DNA from: an uncultured Planctomycetaceae bacterium
GTDB taxonomy: Bacteria; Planctomycetota; Planctomycetia; Planctomycetales; Planctomycetaceae
Reading direction: 5' to 3'
DNA: 64,000 bases
Assembly: GCA_963813715.1 (NCBI GenBank)
Contig: CAWFAK010000007.1
Location: forward strand, 256,001 to 320,000
How positions within the stretch are numbered: position 1 is the first letter of the stretch; each line of letters starts with the position of its first letter. Under the pieces are notes generated by a model. The model had not been told where the DNA came from, did no database searches, and saw only the letters and a program-made list of their open reading frames with translations. The translations under genes were made by a program, and so were the position numbers. This document shows positions 57,174-64,000 of this stretch, piece by piece.

Positions 57174-57212
57174 AAAAAGAACGCGACTGGGCCGAAGCAC
57201 AGTCGCGTTCTC
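57174..57212 (-). terminator. Intrinsic terminator of the PRC-barrel gene
   Basis: Stem AGAACGCGACTG/CAGTCGCGTTCT with a T run on the minus strand. Confidence 0.7.
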
Positions 57213-57244
57213 TAGCGCTCTTCAGAGCTGTTCGTTATCCGCAA

Positions 57245-57916
57245 TTACTTCTCGCGACGTTCGCCACCAGTGTTGGCCGGGCGCTCGGTCCCTTGCGGGC
57301 GTTGCGCACCACGGACCGTATTTCCGCGCGGCTGCGGCTGGGTCGGCTGAGTCTGGGTGCCGCGGTTCTCGACGCCGCGATTCTCGGCGCCGCGCTGCTC
57401 CCCGTTCTTCGGCATGTTGTTGTGGTCGCCGCGATAGAACGTCTGCACGCGCTGCTGAACCTTGGGATCGCGCAGTTCGGCGATATCGCGAATCCGCGGA
57501 AAATCGCGGATGCGATCACGGCCGAAGCCGAGCATGAACGCGTGACGGCCAAAATCGAACGTGCCCGCGCCCCACGGCACGGCCACCAGGCCGTTGTCCG
57601 CTGCGATCACCGCGTACTCCAGGCAACCGCTGTCGGTGAGCACGAAGTCTTTCACAGTCCCGAAGCTCGCGTTCCCCTGCAGCATCACGTTGGAGCCGAT
57701 GAGCGTGCTCCCCTGCAGAAAGCGATTCTGATCACGGCCGGCGTCACGAGCGTCCGGAGCGCCCGTGCGATTCTGGCCGACCTGTCCGTTCGGAGCGACC
57801 TCTCCGGCCGGCGGCGCGGCGGGACGACCCGCCTGGCCGAACGCGCTCTGAGCCGTCGGGCAAGCGATACAAGCAACCAAGGCGATGTCAAGAAGTTTGC
57901 GAGCGGAAACGATCAT
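57245..57916 (-). CDS. Secreted PRC-barrel domain protein
   Basis: Signal peptide; STLIGSNV..FGTVKDFVL..EYAVI..LVAVPW. Confidence 0.7.
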   Translation of the reverse strand: MIVSARKLLDIALVACIACPTAQSAFGQAGRPAAPPAGEVAPNGQVGQNRTGAPDARDAGRDQNRFLQGSTLIGSNVMLQGNASFGTVKDFVLTDSGCLEYAVIAADNGLVAVPWGAGTFDFGRHAFMLGFGRDRIRDFPRIRDIAELRDPKVQQRVQTFYRGDHNNMPKNGEQRGAENRGVENRGTQTQPTQPQPRGNTVRGAQRPQGTERPANTGGERREK

Positions 57917-58669
57917 CGGGAAATCCTCTTTGGCAGTTGAATGAGGTTCGTTGAGTCAGGCGAATCAGTACCCAACCGAGGGCGGCACGAGCACAACCCA
58001 CCGGACGCGAGCAATCCGACTGCGTGGGATCTCGGCAAGGCCCGCGAAAGCAATATCGCGTTTGAAAGCACTTCATGTGCCAAATCACAGCTCGAACGAA
58101 AGCGGTGCGCCGGTCAATGTGCGCAGTGAAGTCAAAGTCCGCGGAGCGAAACTCGGGCGTTTCCGAAACGCCTCAATCTGAACTCATCACCTGTCGGCCG
58201 CCCGTGTGCGGCAAGCGGACGCCGCGGGCCGACTCGTCACAATCGGATCGCAGGTCCCCGCAATCGTTGCGACCTCAGCAACGGCCGAACGTCGGTTCGT
58301 GGCGCGGTCCAGATTCCCCGGCGTGCAGATCGGCCGCGCACCGACCGTCGGTGGGGAATGCCTCAGCTTGACGCTGTACATTGGAGCCAACTTCCCAAAC
58401 GCCCTGTGCAACCGGGGTCGGAATTTGGTATTTTTGACGGGCGACGACAGGTTCCGGTCCGGATCCTTTGCGATCACGCGCTTGGTCGAATTCAGGCCGG
58501 AACAACGCTTTAGACCGGTCGAAGCTTCGAAACCCGGTCTCTCTTTCGCGAGTACCGTGTAATACCAGACCGATCCGGTCGAATTAACGACAGGCCGAGT
58601 AAGCGAGTGCGGGACTCGCGGTCTGCCCTGTCTGTTACCAAGTCATTCCTGCCGAGTGGGGAGAGCTGT

Positions 58670-60627
58670 ATGCGATTGCGGGCCGTGTTCGCGGGTGTCG
58701 CGGTTGCGGGTGTCGCGCTGGGATTCGCCGCACAAGGCGAGGCCTGCGCGGCCGACGCCCTGACGGCGGCCAAGCTGGGGCAAAAGATCGGCGACGTCGG
58801 CTTTGTCGACGCGGCCGGCAAGAAGATCACGCTCGACGAGCTCAAAGGGGCCAAGGCCACGGTCGTCGTCTTTTTGTCGTTCGAGTGCCCCGTCTCCACC
58901 AGCTATTCGCCCGTGCTCAGCGACATGAAGAAGCATTACGCCGACCGCGGCGTCTCCTTTGTGGGCGTCTGCGCAAGCGAGGCGGAAACTCCGGCCACCG
59001 TCGCCAAGCGGGCGACCGACTTCGCCCTCGCCTTCCCCGTTTATTCCGACAGCCAGGGGCTCGCGGTCTCCGCCTTCAAGGCCGAGAAAACGCCCGAAGC
59101 CTTCCTGCTCGATCACAACCTCGTGCTCCGCTATCGAGGCCGCGTGGACGACGCGTTTGCAGCGCGGCTCAAGCGCAACCAGCAAATCAAATCGCACGAC
59201 CTCGAAACCGCCCTCGATGAAGTCCTCGCCGGCAAGGCCGTCAGCCGGCCAGTCGCCGAAGCCATCGGCTGCCTGATCGGCGCCGAAAAGCAGATCAAGA
59301 AGGACGGCGCCGTCACGTACTACCGGGACGTGCTGCCCATTCTGCAGGCCAACTGCCAGGAGTGCCACCGGCCCGGCGAGATCGGTCCGTTTTCGCTGAT
59401 GACCTTCAAAGAAGCGGTCAACTGGGCCGACGACATCAAGACCTACACCGAAACGCGGCAGATGCCCCCCTGGAAAATCACGGCCGGCCTGCCGTTCCAC
59501 AACGAGCGCCGCCTGAGCGACAAGGATCTCACCACGCTCGCCAAGTGGGTCGAGGACGGCACTCCCGAGGGCAAAGCCGCCGACGCACCGCCGGCCCGCC
59601 AATTCGTCAGCGGCTGGCAACTGGGCGAGCCGGACCTGGTCGTCACGCCGACGAGCGAATTCGTCGTCGGCCCCGGCGGCCCCGATTTGTTCCGCGTCTT
59701 CGTGCTGCCGACCAATCTGCCCGAAGACAAGTTCGTCGTCGGCTACGAAGTCAAACCGGCCAACCCGCGCGTGGTCCATCACACGCTCAACTTCATCGAC
59801 ACCACGAAGGCCGGCCGCAAGCTCGAAGAAAAGGCCCAGGCCGGCGAGAGCAAAACGAAATCAGAACACGGCTGGGACCGCGGCCCCGGCTATTCGTCCG
59901 ACATGGGCGTCGGCTTCTTCCCGCAGGGCGGCCTCGGCGGCTGGGCTCCCGGACAGCTCGCGCGGCAGATGCCCCCGGGTTACGGCTTCCTCTTGCCCAA
60001 GCACTCGGACGTCGTCGTGCAGGTTCACTACCATCGCGACGGCCGCGTCGAGCACGACAAGCTGCAAATCGGCCTCTACTTCGCCAAGTCGACCGCCGGC
60101 ATGAAGTCCTTCAAGGGCGGCGTCATTCCCGGCCGTTTCCTCGGCGATCCCCGCGAACGATCCGAACTACAAAGTCTACGGCTCGACGACGGTGAACGAG
60201 GACTGCATCCTGCACAACATCACGCCGCACATGCACCTGGTCGGCAAGCAGATCAAAGTCACGATCAAGTTCCCCAACAAGCCGAAAGAAACGCTGCTCG
60301 AGATCGGCTCGTGGGACTACAACTGGCAGGAAACCTACTTCCTCAAAGATCCGCTGAAGCTGCCGAAGGGCACCGATCCTCGACGTCGAAGCGATCTACG
60401 ACAACAGCGCCAAAAATCCCAACAACCCGAACAACCCGCCCAAGCTCGTAACCTTCGGCGAACAGACAACCAACGAAATGTGTTTTGTGTTCTTGGGCGC
60501 CACCTCCGAAGGCAAAGAACGCTCCCCATTCGGCAACCCCTTCGGCGGCGGCAACCGACGCGGACGCCAACGCGAAAAGGCCAAAGAAGCAGCTAAGAAG
60601 GCCGCGGAGAAGCAGGCCAGCCGATAG
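58670..60627 (+). CDS. Secreted redoxin - c-type heme motif - copper type II monooxygenase-like fusion, apparent frameshifts near 60145 and 60378
   Basis: Signal peptide; FLSFECPVS..TPEAFL..YRGRVDD redoxin; CQECH; MPPW; VVHH, QVHYH, PHMH, NEMC ligand motifs. Confidence 0.8.
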
Positions 60628-60657
60628 AGCAGCGACGGCGACAATCTGATTTCTGCA

Positions 60658-60694
60658 CCATGGCTGAGCGGTTTCCGCTCAGCCGTGGCTTTTT
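60658..60694 (+). terminator. Intrinsic terminator
   Basis: CCATGGCTGAGCGG-TTT-CCGCTCAGCCGTGG followed by CTTTTT. Confidence 0.75.
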
Positions 60695-60786
60695 GGTGCA
60701 GGCAGTCCGTGCCACGCACCGGACTTCGATTCTTGATCCAGGTCTGAGTCCTTGTTTGTGAACAGCACGCCATGGCTCGCTGGTCA

Positions 60787-61221
60787 TTACCACGGTCCAT
60801 CAGTGGGTGTCGGCCGTGACCCCGACTGCCATCGACCTTGCTCGTCACGATATCCTTGGTCAACGTCAACTGGATATATGGTCCCATTTTCGAGCACAAA
60901 GGGTCTGCGGCGCTGAAATTGGATAATGTGTCCCGCACTATCCACAGTGACTTCCAACATATGCCACCCAGTCAGACTCATCGGTGAGTCGGTCGTGTTC
61001 GGCAAAAACTGGTACCAGCTGTAGGCCGTATTGGCGTCGGGCGGCCCAAGCGCCTCGGTGATGTCACTCAACGATACGTCCGGCAACCGCAACGCCGCGA
61101 CTCTCGCCCATCTGTTCGTCAAATCATCGGGATTTCCGCGAGGGATGAATAATAAGGCGAGCAACGCGGCAAGCGCGACGGCGAACAACACGGCCAGTAA
61201 GTTCCGTCTCTTCATCGACAT
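60787..61221 (-). CDS. Membrane-anchored hypothetical protein (visibly lower GC)
   Basis: N-terminal TM MKRRNLLAVLFAVALAALLALLF; ITEALGPPD motif. Confidence 0.55.
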   Translation of the reverse strand: MSMKRRNLLAVLFAVALAALLALLFIPRGNPDDLTNRWARVAALRLPDVSLSDITEALGPPDANTAYSWYQFLPNTTDSPMSLTGWHMLEVTVDSAGHIIQFQRRRPFVLENGTIYPVDVDQGYRDEQGRWQSGSRPTPTDGPW

Positions 61222-61318
61222 TCCACTGATTGGCGGCTCACATCCAACACGACGCTATAGGCGTGATTTTGGTCTACGAAATAAGTCGAGCCACCCCTAA
61301 GGCCTCTGTCGCCCCGAC

Positions 61319-61463
61319 GGGTGGCCGGGACAACTTGTTGTCCCGGCTGCGCAGCAGCAAGAGCCTGCTCGCCGAAGTTCACATATGGCTGAAGCGGTCT
61401 GACGCCCGAGCGAGGCACCTCTTGTCGCTTCGCGACCCGGACAACAAGTTGTCCGGGCCACCC
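61319..61463. repeat. REP-like inverted pair (third copy at 63026-63057)
   Basis: GGGTGGCCGGGACAACTTGTTGTCCCGG and CCCGGACAACAAGTTGTCCGGGCCACCC. Confidence 0.8.
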
Positions 61464-61680
61464 TGACTCCCGGAATTCGATCACGCGCCCCGATCGGACG
61501 ATGATCGTTCGATCGCGTCCGCGATCAATTCGGCGTAATTTGCGTTCCCTTCGCTGAACCGGCTCTCCGGGTTCGCGACAGTTCAAGCTGAATCCTGTCG
61601 CCGGCCGGAACTTTCGCCTCCCGCTCGTAAACCGTGATTTTCGGGTCAGACACAAACGCGATTTGCCCGCGCTCGATCGC

Positions 61681-63045
<1,365 letters not shown>

Positions 63046-63158
63046 TGTCCCGGCTGCGACAGGCCCGCGAAAAATCTGGCGAGTTTCTTGCATTCTCGAA
63101 ACAAATCCGCCTTCGAGCCGGTAGTTACGTCGTGACCTCGTCGGTCGGCCTTTCTGCA

Positions 63159-64000
63159 ATGCGTTTCTCCGGAGTCGTGATCCATGTGGCGTTCCGCGCC
63201 GTCTGCTCCGTCGCGCGTTCTTTCGCCGCCCCGCGTCCGTCGGGGCAAGCCGCTGACAAGCCCCCGCAGGCGGCGGTCGATACGCCGCAGCAAGCGGTTG
63301 TCGCCGCGGAATATCGCAAGTTCGAGAAGGTGGCCGCGTTTCTGCGGGCCCGCAACGCGGAGCAGTTCGGCATCACGTCCGCCAAGGGCATCGATGAGGC
63401 GAAGTTCGTGGTCCTCGGCGGGATCGAACAGTGGGTCACAATCCGCGGTCAGGACCGCGACAATCCCGTGTTATTGTTCCTCCACGGTGGGCCCGGGGAC
63501 GTGACCAACCCGTGGACGTTCGCGCTGTTCGCTCCCTGGCTGCGCTACTTCACGGTGGCCCAATGGGATCAGCGGGGCGCGGGGAGGACGCTGCGAAAGA
63601 CCGGCGCCGCCGTCGCGCCGACGCTGACGATCGAGCGGCTGGTGCAGGACGGCATCGAACTGGCCGACTACCTGCGAAAGCGCCTGGCGAAGGACAAGAT
63701 CATTGTCGTCGCCCATTCGTTCGGGTCGATTCTGGGCGTCCGCATGGCGCGGGCACGGCCGGACCTGTTCCACGCGTACGTTGGCACGGCCCAGGTCGCC
63801 GACGAAACACGCAATTACGCCGTCGCCTACGACGCCCTCCTCCAGAAGGCGGGCTGTGGGCGATCAAACTGCCGTCGACGAATTGAGCCGCGTCGGGCCG
63901 CCGCCTTACAAGTCGGGCGCCGGATTTCGGACGCAGCGGAAATGGTCCAACGCCTTCGAGGGCGCGGACAACTTCCTGTTCGGCATGATCGGCCTGACGC
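63159..64000 (+). CDS. Alpha/beta hydrolase (proline-iminopeptidase-like), runs off the window, frameshift near 63852
   Basis: LGGIEQWVTIRGQDRDNPVLLFLHGGPG, WDQRGAGRT, AHSFGS; absent from the ORF track because there is no stop before the edge. Confidence 0.85.
   Translation, partial: MRFSGVVIHVAFRAVCSVARSFAAPRPSGQAADKPPQAAVDTPQQAVVAAEYRKFEKVAAFLRARNAEQFGITSAKGIDEAKFVVLGGIEQWVTIRGQDRDNPVLLFLHGGPGDVTNPWTFALFAPWLRYFTVAQWDQRGAGRTLRKTGAAVAPTLTIERLVQDGIELADYLRKRLAKDKIIVVAHSFGSILGVRMARARPDLFHAYVGTAQVADETRNYAVAYDALLQKAGCGRSNCRRRIEPRRAAALQVGRRISDAAEMVQRLRGRGQLPVRHDRPD

Overview
High-GC bacterial DNA, most likely Planctomycetota (DUF1559 prepilin-like protein, PQQ-like propeller, redoxin/monooxygenase fusion, Ser/Thr kinase), with about 45 genes. 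More than 25 apparent frameshifts break otherwise intact genes, which points to uncorrected sequencing indels rather than pseudogenes. Ordinary content: treZ-treY, pyrF, ptrB, ispH, ribB, arfB, a GH51 arabinofuranosidase, an ABC-F ATPase and a CoA-transferase III. The standout locus is a co-oriented minus-strand run (36910 to 30537): class I terpene-synthase-fold enzyme, membrane hybrid histidine kinase, REC-HD-GYP phosphodiesterase and ispH, followed by a FadL-like porin. Its layout mirrors the RpfF/RpfC/RpfG quorum-sensing cassette with a terpene synthase as signal synthase, so it is a candidate isoprenoid cell-cell signalling system (inference). Other unusual loci: an M48 peptidase fused to a barnase-type RNase with a barstar gene behind it, a stand-alone carrier protein plus single-module NRPS, a Ser/Thr kinase with a periplasmic binding-protein sensor, and an MntR/DUF1559 unit with a palindromic operator. 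Several REP-like palindrome pairs are present. A ~700-bp tandem duplication around a poly-G run near the end is probably an assembly artefact. No rRNA, tRNA, CRISPR array or transposase was recognised. All calls come from reading motifs; no database search was run.
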